Source: Zetaproteobacteria bacterium (GTDB taxonomy: Bacteria > Pseudomonadota > Zetaproteobacteria > Mariprofundales > Mariprofundaceae). From it: DNA of 54,681 nucleotides. Under the pieces are notes generated by a model. The model was not told the DNA's origin and made no database searches. It saw only the letters and a program-made list of their open reading frames with translations. Position 1 is the first letter of the stretch. Every line of letters begins with the position of its first letter. The stretch covers positions 1-54,681 of the forward strand of contig RFGS01000045.1 of NCBI GenBank assembly GCA_003695905.1, read 5' to 3'. The translations under genes and the position numbers were made by a program. Of this stretch, positions 19,170 to 28,356 are shown piece by piece.

Positions 19170-20415
19170 GCACAACCTCCACCATGGCCTCCACCAGCAG
19201 GGCAAGCTCCTGATCCGTCAGGATGTAGGGTGGCATGGCATAGATAAGCCTGGCGAACGGTCTAAGCCAGACACCCTTGGCGAGCAGACTTTCCTGAATG
19301 GCCGGCACATCGACAGGTTCCTTCATCTCGATCACGCCGATGGCACCCAGTGCACGTACATCCGCCACACCCTTGGCCGCTCTGCAGGATTCGAGCCCCT
19401 TGCGGAAGGCCTGTTCAATTCTTTCAACCCGCTCCGACCACGGAGACGAAAGCAGCAGGTCGATGCTGGCCAGAGCGACACTGCAGGCTAGCGGATTGGC
19501 CATGAATGTCGGACCATGCATAAGCACCTGCCCGCCGGCCTCGACACCCCGAGCAACCCTATGGCTGGCCAGCACGGCTGCCAGGCTCATATACCCCCCA
19601 GTCAACGCTTTACCCAAACACATGATGTCCGGTTCTATGCCCGCATGCTCACAGGCAAACATCTTCCCTGTGCGCCCGAACCCCGTCGCTATTTCATCAA
19701 GGATCAACAGCACTTCATATGTATCACAGAGCTTTCTCACCTGTCTGAGAAAGGCAGGTGCGTAAAAGCGCATACCCCCTGCTCCCTGAACAATGGGCTC
19801 CAGGATGACCGCCGCAATTTCATGACCACGTGTCCTGAGCACGGACTCCATCTCGGCTGCAGCATACACCCACTGCTCTCCGGAAGGGGCTGCCACGAAG
19901 AGCTGTTGCGGCAGCATGCCCGAAAACAAATGGTGCATGCCCGTAACTGGATCGCATACGCTCATGGCTCCAAACGTATCACCATGATAGCCATGGCGAA
20001 TGGTCAGGATCTTGTGCTTCCCGGGACGGTTGGGCAACCAAAACTGAAGGGCCATTTTTAGCGCAACCTCCACCGCAACCGACCCAGAATCGGCAAAAAA
20101 GACATGTTCCAGGGAGTCCGGCACCAGCTCCAGCAGGCGGCCGGCCAGCCGGACAGCCGGTTCGTGCGTCAGGCCGCCAAACATTACATGGGCCATACGA
20201 TTTATCTGCCTGCTGAGCGCTTCATTGAGCTCCGGAACGTTATACCCATGGATGGCACACCACCACGAAGCCATACCATCGACAACGCTCCGGCCGTCGG
20301 CCAACTCCAACCTTGCGCCATGAGCTGAACGAACAGCATAGACAGGATCCGGGTGCAAAACCGATGCATAGGGATGCCAGACATGCCGGCGATCAAACGA
20401 TTCCCAAGCAGTCAT
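19159..20415 (-). CDS. bioA: Adenosylmethionine-8-amino-7-oxononanoate aminotransferase
   Basis: Class III aminotransferase. WHPY N-terminal motif, LILDEIATGFGRTGKMFA (PLP Lys region) and a C-terminus like PPYILTDQEL. ATGA overlap with the holA stop. Confidence 0.9.
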   Translation of the reverse strand: MTAWESFDRRHVWHPYASVLHPDPVYAVRSAHGARLELADGRSVVDGMASWWCAIHGYNVPELNEALSRQINRMAHVMFGGLTHEPAVRLAGRLLELVPDSLEHVFFADSGSVAVEVALKMALQFWLPNRPGKHKILTIRHGYHGDTFGAMSVCDPVTGMHHLFSGMLPQQLFVAAPSGEQWVYAAAEMESVLRTRGHEIAAVILEPIVQGAGGMRFYAPAFLRQVRKLCDTYEVLLILDEIATGFGRTGKMFACEHAGIEPDIMCLGKALTGGYMSLAAVLASHRVARGVEAGGQVLMHGPTFMANPLACSVALASIDLLLSSPWSERVERIEQAFRKGLESCRAAKGVADVRALGAIGVIEMKEPVDVPAIQESLLAKGVWLRPFARLIYAMPPYILTDQELALLVEAMVEVVHEC

Positions 20416-21392
20416 GATCTACGGACCAGCTCCAGAGTCAGGCGTTCGATTTCCTCGACTCCGTCCCTCCAGCCCCCACCCTTCACGTTTCGTTCGGCCT
20501 CGGCGATCAATTCGAGCGCACGTATGATCTCAGAAGCAGGCCAGTTCTTCAGATCACGAGCAAGGCTTTTCCGCATCGCGCCGAATATGCCGGCGGCACG
20601 AACGGGGTCCCGATGTTTCTGAGCTTGGTACCAGCGGGCCAGCAACATCCGCTGCATGCGTCCCCCCAGCCAGGCAGTCATTTGGACTGGCGCTATGCCT
20701 TGCTCACGCATCAGACGCGCAGCCAGACCTATCGCCTCGGGCTTCCGCGACGCGACGGCAGCGCACCAGCCCTCCAGTTCATCGGGAGCCTTCTCTCCCA
20801 GCAGCGCACTGACAACCTCCAGGTCCAGACACTCGTCAGCCCCTTGTCCAAGATAGCAGCGCGCACGCTCCAGAAATTGCTTGGCGGCCTGCCGCATGCC
20901 ACACAGCCTCTCAACTGCATACGACATGGCTTCGGGACTCATCGACACCCCATTCTTCTTGGCCGCAGCAGACAGCCAGCGATGAAAGTCAGCCTCTCCA
21001 GGACTGCGGAGACAACACGAGACAACGCGTTCATCGGACTTCAAGCGCTTGTGCAGGGACTTCTTCCAGGAGATATCTGGAGCACAGATGATCATGCGGC
21101 TCGGCCAAACCACCTCCCCAACCAGGGACAGCAATTGCCTGCTTTGTGGTGGATCTGCCTGTTCGGCATTCCTCACCAAAACGCGGCAGGAGCTGGGGCC
21201 AAAAAGCGCACCGGTACGCAACCGAACCTGGACGCTGTCCAGTTCATCACAATCGACCCTCAGATACGTTCCCTGATGTTCACCTGCATCCAGCAGACTT
21301 TCGGCAAGATCCATGATGCCATCCCGGTCATCCCCATAGAGATAGGCGACGGCGGCCTGAGACCGCAACAACTGTTCCGGTCTCAATTCCAT
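20412..21392 (-). CDS. holA: DNA polymerase III delta subunit
   Basis: 326 aa in the conserved leuS-lptE-holA position. N-terminal YLYGDD-type motif and helical C-terminal domains. Sequence similarity alone is weak, so the call leans on synteny. Confidence 0.75.
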   Translation of the reverse strand: MELRPEQLLRSQAAVAYLYGDDRDGIMDLAESLLDAGEHQGTYLRVDCDELDSVQVRLRTGALFGPSSCRVLVRNAEQADPPQSRQLLSLVGEVVWPSRMIICAPDISWKKSLHKRLKSDERVVSCCLRSPGEADFHRWLSAAAKKNGVSMSPEAMSYAVERLCGMRQAAKQFLERARCYLGQGADECLDLEVVSALLGEKAPDELEGWCAAVASRKPEAIGLAARLMREQGIAPVQMTAWLGGRMQRMLLARWYQAQKHRDPVRAAGIFGAMRKSLARDLKNWPASEIIRALELIAEAERNVKGGGWRDGVEEIERLTLELVRRS

Positions 21393-21405
21393 GGTTTCAA
21401 ATCAC

Positions 21406-21888
21406 TCAAAAGCCTGAGCGAAATCTTGACCATACCTTCTGCAACCATTGCCTCTGCAGATCCTTCTCAAGCCGGTTGCGTGAGGCCTCGATACTGGCGG
21501 GACCACCAGAAACAAACACATCACCTGTCTGGGTCACGACACCACTGTCCCAGGTTTCCTGATCATGCACCAGGATTGTCATATGCCCCCGGATGCTCAT
21601 TGTGTATTGGACAGCAATGCCCGCACGGTCAAACGCCGACGGCTGATATTTCACATGATCCTGCTGCAAGCGAATTTCAGCTTCGGCCTCTTGCTGCACC
21701 TGAGTCAGCTTGTATCCGGCCGAAGCCAAGCGCTGTTGCAAGACTGACACGACGTAATGTGGCACACCATTTGCATGAAGGCTGACCTTCTTGACGTCTT
21801 CAGGCAAGGCACCCTTTCCATGGCCTGCGAGATGGTAGCCACAAGCAGCAGGCAGCAGGCCAAGCAACAGGATCAGCAGGCGGGTCAT
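21406..21888 (-). CDS. lptE: LPS-assembly lipoprotein LptE
   Basis: Start re-assigned to MTRLLILLLGLLPAACGYHLAG (lipoprotein signal plus the CG[FY]HL motif). 1-nt overlap with the leuS stop. Confidence 0.8.
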   Translation of the reverse strand: MTRLLILLLGLLPAACGYHLAGHGKGALPEDVKKVSLHANGVPHYVVSVLQQRLASAGYKLTQVQQEAEAEIRLQQDHVKYQPSAFDRAGIAVQYTMSIRGHMTILVHDQETWDSGVVTQTGDVFVSGGPASIEASRNRLEKDLQRQWLQKVWSRFRSGF

Positions 21889-24356
21889 CACGACGGCCGG
21901 ACCACAATATTCAACAGTCGACCGGGCACGAAGATCACCTTGACAATCTGCTTGTCCTCCACCCATTTGGCCACAGCCGGGAGCTTGAGGGCATAGCTCA
22001 GGGCCGTCTCCCTGTCGCAGTCCTTGGGCACGCTCACCTCAGCCCGCTTCTTGCCCTGAACCTGAACGACAAGGTTTACCTCATTGCGCTCCAATGCCGA
22101 GGCATCTGCACTCGGCCAAGGCTCAACCACAGCCGGCCCGGAAAAACCCAGCCTCTCGCCCATCTCACATGCAAAATGAGGCACAAACGGCGCCAACATC
22201 CTGACCAGGGCCTCCATGCCCTCTCGATATGCTGCACGCGATCTCTCATCGCACGGCATGAAATCAGAAAGCTTGTTACTCAGCTCCATCAAAGACGCAA
22301 TGGCCACATTGAAAGCAAATCCATGCTCGAATGCATGCGTCACTTTGGCAATGGTACTGTGAACGGCATATCTAAGCTCCCTGACCTCATCTTCATCTGG
22401 GGCAGGTCCTTCTGCACCATGATCCAGCCGGTCAAGAAGCCGCCATACGCGGTGCAGAAATCGATGGGCGCCCTCGACGCCTGCATCATGCCACTCAAGA
22501 TCCTTCTCTGGCGGAGCTGCAAACAGTGTGAACAGACGTGCCGTATCCGCTCCGAAACGGTCAATGATGGCATTGGGATCCACCGTGTTCCCCTTGGACT
22601 TGCTCATCTTGGCGCCGTCCTTGAGCACCATGCCTTGGGTCAGAAGGTTGGTGAACGGCTCATCGCCACCTTCCTCGGACGTGAACAGCCCAACATCCCG
22701 CATGAGCTTGTGATAGAATCTGGCATACAGAAGGTGCAACACCGCATGTTCGACACCTCCGATGTACTGGTCCACGGGGGCCCATCGACGCATCGCCTCC
22801 CTATCCACCATGGCCGTGTCGCAGCGTGGACTGGTATACCGGTTCATGTACCACGATGATTCCATGAAAGTATCAAACGTATCTGTCTCCCTGCGGGCCG
22901 GTGCGCCGCATTTAGGGCAATCCGCATGGACAAAACCCTCGCATTCAGCCAACGGACTGGCCCCTCCCGTAGGGGTCAGATCCTCCGGGAGCCGGACCGG
23001 CAACTGTTCATCCGGTATCGGCACGGCACCGCACTGCTCGCAATGGATGACCGGGATGGGAGCCCCCCAATAACGCTGCCGGGAGACCAGCCAGTCGCGA
23101 AGGCGGTATTGCACACGTCGCTGTCCCTTTCCGCGGGACTCAAGCCATTCGATAATCTTCTCGCCGGCGTCTTGACTGGCAAGGCCATCAAAGGGCCCCG
23201 AGTCCATGAGCACGCCCTCACCAGTATAGGCACTCGATTCGAGGTCCCAGCTCCCCGTTGCCGGTCTGATAACCTGGCGGATAGGCAGATCGTACTTGCG
23301 CGCAAAAGCGAAGTCTCTCTCGTCATGGGCCGGCACACTCATTACCGCACCGCTTCCATACCCCATGAGCACAAAATTGGCCACCCAAACGGGGATGCGC
23401 TCGCCGGTCACCGGATGAATCGCGTCGATGCCCAAAGGCATGCCCTTCTTTTCCATGGTCTCAAGCTCGGCTTCCCTGGTCGGGACGTGGCTGCATTCCT
23501 CAAGGAAGCTGGCCAACTCGGGATTGTTCGCAGCCATTGTCCGAGCCAGAGGATGGCCAGCAGCCACAGCCATATAAGTCACGCCCATCAATGTATCCGG
23601 ACGCGTCGTAAAAATCTCGAGATCATCGTTGCGGCCTTCCAGGCCAAAGCGGATTTCCGCTCCCACCGAGCGTCCAATCCAATTCCTCTGCATTTCAATC
23701 ACACGGGATGGCCAGCCGGAAAGCTTGCCCAGATCATCAAGCAACTCCTCGGCATAAGCCGTAATGCGCACAAACCACTGCTTCAGATTTTTCCTGACCA
23801 CCGGCGTATCGCAACGCCAACAACATCCATCAACCACCTGCTCATTGGCCAGAACCGTATGACAGGGCTCGCACCAGTTCACCTCGGCATCAGCCTGATA
23901 GGCCAGCCCCTTTTCCATCAACCGTGTGAACATCCATTGTTCCCAGCGATAGTAATCGGGATGACATGTGGCTATCTCCCTCGTCCAGTCGTAGGACAGG
24001 CCGAGCCGTTTGAGCTGGCGGCGCATCTGGTCGATATTGGCATACGTCCACTTCGCCGGTGGCTGTCCGTTCTTGATGGCTGCATTTTCCGCCGGCAGGC
24101 CGAATGCATCCCATCCGATCGGATGCAGAACATTGAACCCTCGCATGCGTTTATAGCGGGCGATCGCATCACCCAGGCAATAATTGCGCACATGCCCCAT
24201 GTGAAGGTTCCCCGAGGGATAGGGAAACATGACAAGGCAGTAATAGCGGGGGCGGTCATCATCGGGGGCATCGCTGGCCCTGTCCAGGCCTGCCTCAGCC
24301 CAGTACCGCTGCCACTTGGCCTCAATTGTTTGAGCATCATATCGATCGGACACCAT
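21888..24356 (-). CDS. leuS: Leucine--tRNA ligase
   Basis: HIGH motif (PYPSGNLHMGH) and KMSKS motif (GAKMSKSKGN), with a CP1 editing domain. Start re-assigned to MVSDRYDAQTIEAKWQRYW, after GGGAGAAAG. Confidence 0.96.
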   Translation of the reverse strand: MVSDRYDAQTIEAKWQRYWAEAGLDRASDAPDDDRPRYYCLVMFPYPSGNLHMGHVRNYCLGDAIARYKRMRGFNVLHPIGWDAFGLPAENAAIKNGQPPAKWTYANIDQMRRQLKRLGLSYDWTREIATCHPDYYRWEQWMFTRLMEKGLAYQADAEVNWCEPCHTVLANEQVVDGCCWRCDTPVVRKNLKQWFVRITAYAEELLDDLGKLSGWPSRVIEMQRNWIGRSVGAEIRFGLEGRNDDLEIFTTRPDTLMGVTYMAVAAGHPLARTMAANNPELASFLEECSHVPTREAELETMEKKGMPLGIDAIHPVTGERIPVWVANFVLMGYGSGAVMSVPAHDERDFAFARKYDLPIRQVIRPATGSWDLESSAYTGEGVLMDSGPFDGLASQDAGEKIIEWLESRGKGQRRVQYRLRDWLVSRQRYWGAPIPVIHCEQCGAVPIPDEQLPVRLPEDLTPTGGASPLAECEGFVHADCPKCGAPARRETDTFDTFMESSWYMNRYTSPRCDTAMVDREAMRRWAPVDQYIGGVEHAVLHLLYARFYHKLMRDVGLFTSEEGGDEPFTNLLTQGMVLKDGAKMSKSKGNTVDPNAIIDRFGADTARLFTLFAAPPEKDLEWHDAGVEGAHRFLHRVWRLLDRLDHGAEGPAPDEDEVRELRYAVHSTIAKVTHAFEHGFAFNVAIASLMELSNKLSDFMPCDERSRAAYREGMEALVRMLAPFVPHFACEMGERLGFSGPAVVEPWPSADASALERNEVNLVVQVQGKKRAEVSVPKDCDRETALSYALKLPAVAKWVEDKQIVKVIFVPGRLLNIVVRPS

Positions 24357-24474
24357 CTTTCTCCCTATGGGCACCATGTTGACTGGGGCAGGATGCTGCG
24401 CATTCTTGCCCCCAAGCGCAATCCAAATGCCGAAACTGACCGCGTCAGGCCTAATTCGACTGACCCTGTTAGAC

Positions 24475-24500
24475 AAGCATAGCCATGAAGGGCTATGCTT
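24475..24500. promoter_or_regulatory. Perfect 10-bp inverted repeat in the leuS/panB divergent region
   Basis: AAGCATAGCC-atgaag-GGCTATGCTT, 51 nt upstream of the panB ATG. A second small hairpin, CTGAC-cgc-GTCAG, lies at 24436-24448. Confidence 0.35.
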
Positions 24501-24550
24501 TGGCGATCCTAGAGACGGTACCAGTTGTTGGACCGAAGCGAAGGGTGGTC

Positions 24551-25369
24551 ATGAACAAAGCATCTCCTGTCACTGCGGCGACGCTTTTGCGCGCCAAGCA
24601 GCATCGCAAACCTGCCGTATGGCTGACGGCTTATGATGCCATCAGCGCGGAAATCGCCGAATTGGGCGGAGCTGATGTTCTGCTGGTAGGCGATTCTCTG
24701 GGTATGGTCTGCCTGGGCATGGATTCGACTCTTCGCGTCACCCTGGAACACATGATACATCACGCCGCTGCCGTCGTTCGTGCCCGCAAACGCGCCTGGG
24801 TGGTCTGCGATCTGCCCTTTGGAAGCTATCAAGGATCGCCAGTACAGGCTTGGCAAACCGCCACTGTGCTACTTCAGCAGACGGGATGCGATGCCGTCAA
24901 GCTCGAAGGTGGACAAGTCATGGCAGAAACCATTGCTTTTCTTGCCGATCGGGGCGTGGCCGTGGTTGGACATGTTGGCCTGCAGCCTCAGTCCATCAAG
25001 CGCTTGGGCGGATATGGGCCTCGCGGACGTAGTCGACAAGAACGACAACAGCTTTTGCGTGATGCCGAATCCGTAGCCCAGGCCGGCGCTACGGCTATCG
25101 TGCTGGAAAACATTCCCGAAGACCTAGCCGCTGAAATCACGAGCATGGTATCCATTCCCACCGTGGGCATTGGAGCCGGACCGCACTGCGATGCCCAGGT
25201 GCTGGTCTGGCATGATCTTCTTGGCATCTCGGAAAGGAATCCCCCCTTCGCTCCTGCCTATGCGGACCTGCGGAAGGTCATGCTCCAGGCCATCGAACGC
25301 TGGTCGAAGGATGTTCGAAATGGTCATTTTCCGAAATTGGAGGAAACAAGCCTTGCGCGTCGCCCATAA
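24551..25369 (+). CDS. panB: 3-methyl-2-oxobutanoate hydroxymethyltransferase
   Basis: Start re-assigned to MNKASPVTAATLLRAKQHRKP...LTAYDA...LLVGDSLGM, which aligns with the E. coli PanB N-terminus. KLEGG motif present. Confidence 0.93.
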   Translation: MNKASPVTAATLLRAKQHRKPAVWLTAYDAISAEIAELGGADVLLVGDSLGMVCLGMDSTLRVTLEHMIHHAAAVVRARKRAWVVCDLPFGSYQGSPVQAWQTATVLLQQTGCDAVKLEGGQVMAETIAFLADRGVAVVGHVGLQPQSIKRLGGYGPRGRSRQERQQLLRDAESVAQAGATAIVLENIPEDLAAEITSMVSIPTVGIGAGPHCDAQVLVWHDLLGISERNPPFAPAYADLRKVMLQAIERWSKDVRNGHFPKLEETSLARRP

Positions 25370-26216
25370 TCCGACCGAGATACAGCAAAGTCTCGGAACC
25401 CTGAGAAAACAAAAATCCATCGCCTTCGTACCCACGATGGGAAACTTGCACGACGGTCACTTGAAACTGATTGCCAAGGCCAGGGAACTGGCCGATATCG
25501 TAGTGACAAGCATTTATGTCAATCCACTGCAATTTGGTCCAGAGGAGGACTTCGATACCTACCCGCGCACCTTCGAGGAAGATGCGAAAAAATGTCAGGC
25601 ATCCGGTGTGGATTTCATCTTTCATCCTGACAATCTCTACACACAAGATGGCCCCAAGGTCACGCTCTGCGTTGATACATCACTGAGCGTACCTTTATGC
25701 GGAAGCAAGCGCCCGGGACATTTCAATGGGGTGGCCACGGTCGTTAACCTGTTATTCAACATCGTGCAGCCCGATTTCGCATTGTTTGGCGAGAAAGACT
25801 GGCAGCAGCTCGTGATCATTCGTCGCATGGTGCAAGACCTTCACATGCCCGTCACCATCGTGGGCGTCCCAACGCAGCGAGAGTCGGACGGACTGGCCAT
25901 GAGTAGCCGCAACCGCTATCTCACCCCAGACGAACGTCTGCGTGCGGCCAGTCTGTCGCGATGCCTGCATACCATACGACAAGGCTTTCATGATGGCGAA
26001 AGTGACAGCAAGCTCCTGCTTGAACGAGGCCGGAATGTGCTTGCCGGAGCCGACATCGAGCCGGAATATCTGGAAATCTGCGATGAAGAAACCCTGGAAC
26101 CGCTTCCCCGGCTCTCCCGGAGCATGAGGGCACGCGCCTTTGTCGCCGCACGCATTGGCAAGGCCCGCCTCATTGACAATATGCCACTTTATACCATGGA
26201 GGCCATCAACTCATGA
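25353..26216 (+). CDS. panC: Pantoate--beta-alanine ligase
   Basis: [17 protein letters not shown]-like motif. A TTG at 25353, 9 nt after GGAGG, gives an N-terminus of typical length. An in-frame ATG alternative is at 25320. The ORF track start at 25170 is inside panB. Confidence 0.9.
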   Translation: MRVAHNPTEIQQSLGTLRKQKSIAFVPTMGNLHDGHLKLIAKARELADIVVTSIYVNPLQFGPEEDFDTYPRTFEEDAKKCQASGVDFIFHPDNLYTQDGPKVTLCVDTSLSVPLCGSKRPGHFNGVATVVNLLFNIVQPDFALFGEKDWQQLVIIRRMVQDLHMPVTIVGVPTQRESDGLAMSSRNRYLTPDERLRAASLSRCLHTIRQGFHDGESDSKLLLERGRNVLAGADIEPEYLEICDEETLEPLPRLSRSMRARAFVAARIGKARLIDNMPLYTMEAINS

Positions 26217-26590
26217 TTTTGACCATGCTGAAATCAAAGATTCACAGGGCTGTCGTCACCCATGCAGAGCAGGACTATGAGGGCTCCTGCGCTATTGACG
26301 AGGCCCTCATGGAGGCCGCGGACATCCGGGCCTTTGAACAACTGCACATTTACAATGTGCGCAATGGAGAACGATTCACGACATATGCCATCGCCGCCCC
26401 GCGCAACAGCGGCGTCATCGGCGTCAATGGGGCCGCCGCCCACAAGGCCGCCCCCGGGGACTTGCTGATCATCTGCACCTATGCGACCATGGATGCATCC
26501 GAGGCAGACAGCTTCCATCCCCGCCTCGTGTATGTCGACGATCAAAATGTCATCCGTCGCATCAGCCACGGGCGACTGGCTGCCGTCTGA
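26213..26590 (+). CDS. panD: Aspartate 1-decarboxylase
   Basis: [30 protein letters not shown] includes the G-S self-processing site. ATGA overlap with panC. Confidence 0.95.
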   Translation: MILTMLKSKIHRAVVTHAEQDYEGSCAIDEALMEAADIRAFEQLHIYNVRNGERFTTYAIAAPRNSGVIGVNGAAAHKAAPGDLLIICTYATMDASEADSFHPRLVYVDDQNVIRRISHGRLAAV

Positions 26591-26610
26591 CAACGCTCGC
26601 AGGACCGTTC

Positions 26611-28218
26611 ATGCGTTACCTCGTTCCCAATGTGGTGACGGGATTGGAGGAACCGCTGGAGAAGGTAGCTCTCAGGCTTGCCCGGCGCCTCGGCTTTGAT
26701 ATCCATGCCCTGCGCGCAATTCAATGTGTGCGACGCGCCATCGATGCCCGACGCAAGCATGATGTCCATTTTGTCTGCCACTATGAAATCGAGCTGAAAC
26801 ATCCGCTAAAACATCTGCCTCGCGGGGTACGCAGGCTTGAGCATTCGCAGCTCGAACCGGTAGCCCCCGACATCTTCACCAGACGTCCGGAGAAAACAGG
26901 CTCGGTCATTGTTGTCGGTGCGGGTCCAGCCGGTCTGTTTGCCGCATTGGCGCTCGCCGAGGCCGGCTTCCGGGTCACGCTGCTAGAACGTGGCAAGCCC
27001 GTGGAACATCGCATGCGTGATATCGGCCGCCTGCGCAGCAGGGGGGAACTTAATCCTGAAAGCAACATCTGCTTCGGGGAAGGAGGGGCGGGAACCTACA
27101 CGGATGGAAAGCTGTACACGCGCATCAAGCACCCATTCGTTCGCTGGGTCCTCCAGACTTTTGTCCGTTTCGGTGCGAACAAGGACATCCTTGTGGATGC
27201 GCACCCGCATCTGGGTACGGACAAACTCGTGCGCATTGTGCGCCGCATGCGTGAACACCTCATCGGCCTGGGGGTCGATTACAGATTCGAATGCCGGGTT
27301 GACGACTTGCTCGTGCGAGAAAACCGCATTCATGGCGTTCGGACAGCCTCCGGAGAGAGCATGCATGCCGAGTTCGTGATTCTCGCCACAGGTCATTCGG
27401 CCAGGGACACGTTCGAACGCCTGTATCGCATGGGTCTGCCAATGGAGGCCAAGCCCTTTGCCATCGGCCTACGAGCCGAACATCCGCAGTCCATCATCAA
27501 TGCATGCCAGTATGGTCAATTTGCCGGACATCAAAGGCTCGGCGCTGCTGAATATCGTCTGAGCTATCAAGTTGAAGATGAGCATCTCGGTCGGCGGGGC
27601 ATCTATACATTCTGCATGTGTCCTGGTGGACTCATCGTTCCATCACCAACCGAACCTGGACATATGGCCATCAATGGTATGAGCAACGCCAAGCGTGCCG
27701 GCCGTTGGGCCAATGCCGGCGTTGTCGCCCAGGTGTCACCCGATGACTTGGTCCGGCACGGCCTGCATGCTCACTCCCTTGTGGGCATGACCTTTCAAAG
27801 GGAAGTAGAGCGAGCCTGCCACCAGGCCGTAGGAAATCGTTATGCGGCACCAGCCATGCGCCTTGTGGACTTCCTCTCACGCGCCACGAGTTCCACACCT
27901 GTGGCAAGCTCCTTCAAACCGGAGATCGTACCTGCGGACTTATCCGAGCTCTTGCCGACCTGGCTTGCAGATCCGCTGCGCAAGGGATTGCAGGCCTTTG
28001 GACGCAAGATGCCTGGTTTTATCACTGAGGAAGCCAATCTGCTTGCCATCGAAAGCCGGACCAGTTCACCGATTCGCATGCTCCGGAACAAGCGCATGGA
28101 ATGCGTGACCGTTGCAGGGCTGATGCCTGTAGGGGAGGGAGCTGGCTATGCGGGGGGCATCGTGTCCGCCGCCGTCGATGGCCTTCGGGCAGCCCAAAGC
28201 ATCATCGAACGCTACTGA
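26611..28218 (+). CDS. FAD-dependent protein of unknown function (COG2509-like)
   Basis: Dinucleotide-binding motif VIVVGAGPAGLFAALALAEAG..V.LLERG preceded by an N-terminal domain of about 85 aa. GEGAGYAGGI near the C-terminus. 20 nt downstream of panD. Confidence 0.75.
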   Translation: MRYLVPNVVTGLEEPLEKVALRLARRLGFDIHALRAIQCVRRAIDARRKHDVHFVCHYEIELKHPLKHLPRGVRRLEHSQLEPVAPDIFTRRPEKTGSVIVVGAGPAGLFAALALAEAGFRVTLLERGKPVEHRMRDIGRLRSRGELNPESNICFGEGGAGTYTDGKLYTRIKHPFVRWVLQTFVRFGANKDILVDAHPHLGTDKLVRIVRRMREHLIGLGVDYRFECRVDDLLVRENRIHGVRTASGESMHAEFVILATGHSARDTFERLYRMGLPMEAKPFAIGLRAEHPQSIINACQYGQFAGHQRLGAAEYRLSYQVEDEHLGRRGIYTFCMCPGGLIVPSPTEPGHMAINGMSNAKRAGRWANAGVVAQVSPDDLVRHGLHAHSLVGMTFQREVERACHQAVGNRYAAPAMRLVDFLSRATSSTPVASSFKPEIVPADLSELLPTWLADPLRKGLQAFGRKMPGFITEEANLLAIESRTSSPIRMLRNKRMECVTVAGLMPVGEGAGYAGGIVSAAVDGLRAAQSIIERY

Positions 28219-28301
28219 TCACCAACATCGATGGACAGAGCTGCTCGAACACCGACGTAGACGGCCATCATGGCCATTAGTAACCAGATCAGATACCACA
28301 T
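28212..28301 (-). CDS. cydX: Cytochrome bd oxidase small subunit CydX
   Basis: Below the ORF-track size cutoff. Manual translation gives MWYLIWLLMAMMAVYVGVRAALSIDVGDQ (29 aa), with the MWY start typical of CydX and a single TM helix. It lies 56 nt downstream of cydB. Its 3' end overlaps the convergent FAD gene by 7 nt. Confidence 0.75.
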   Translation of the reverse strand: MWYLIWLLMAMMAVYVGVRAALSIDVGDQ

Positions 28302-28356
28302 GCTCACACCCACCCCGTTCCTTATACTTCATAAATCGACGACAGCCTGCTGCCGG

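Noticed and set aside
22926-24482. 518-aa plus-strand ORF, along with other long antisense ORFs (9007-10116, 10259-11326, 15714-16478, 20613-21785, 38226-38513 upstream extension, 48328-49056, 49049-49873)
   Set aside because: Each is antisense to, or frame-shifted within, a gene with unambiguous conserved motifs (leuS, amiC, def/ACT, pnp, holA/lptE, r-proteins). The compositions are low-complexity (R/P/G/H-rich) with no family signatures. These are ordinary shadow ORFs of moderately GC-rich DNA.
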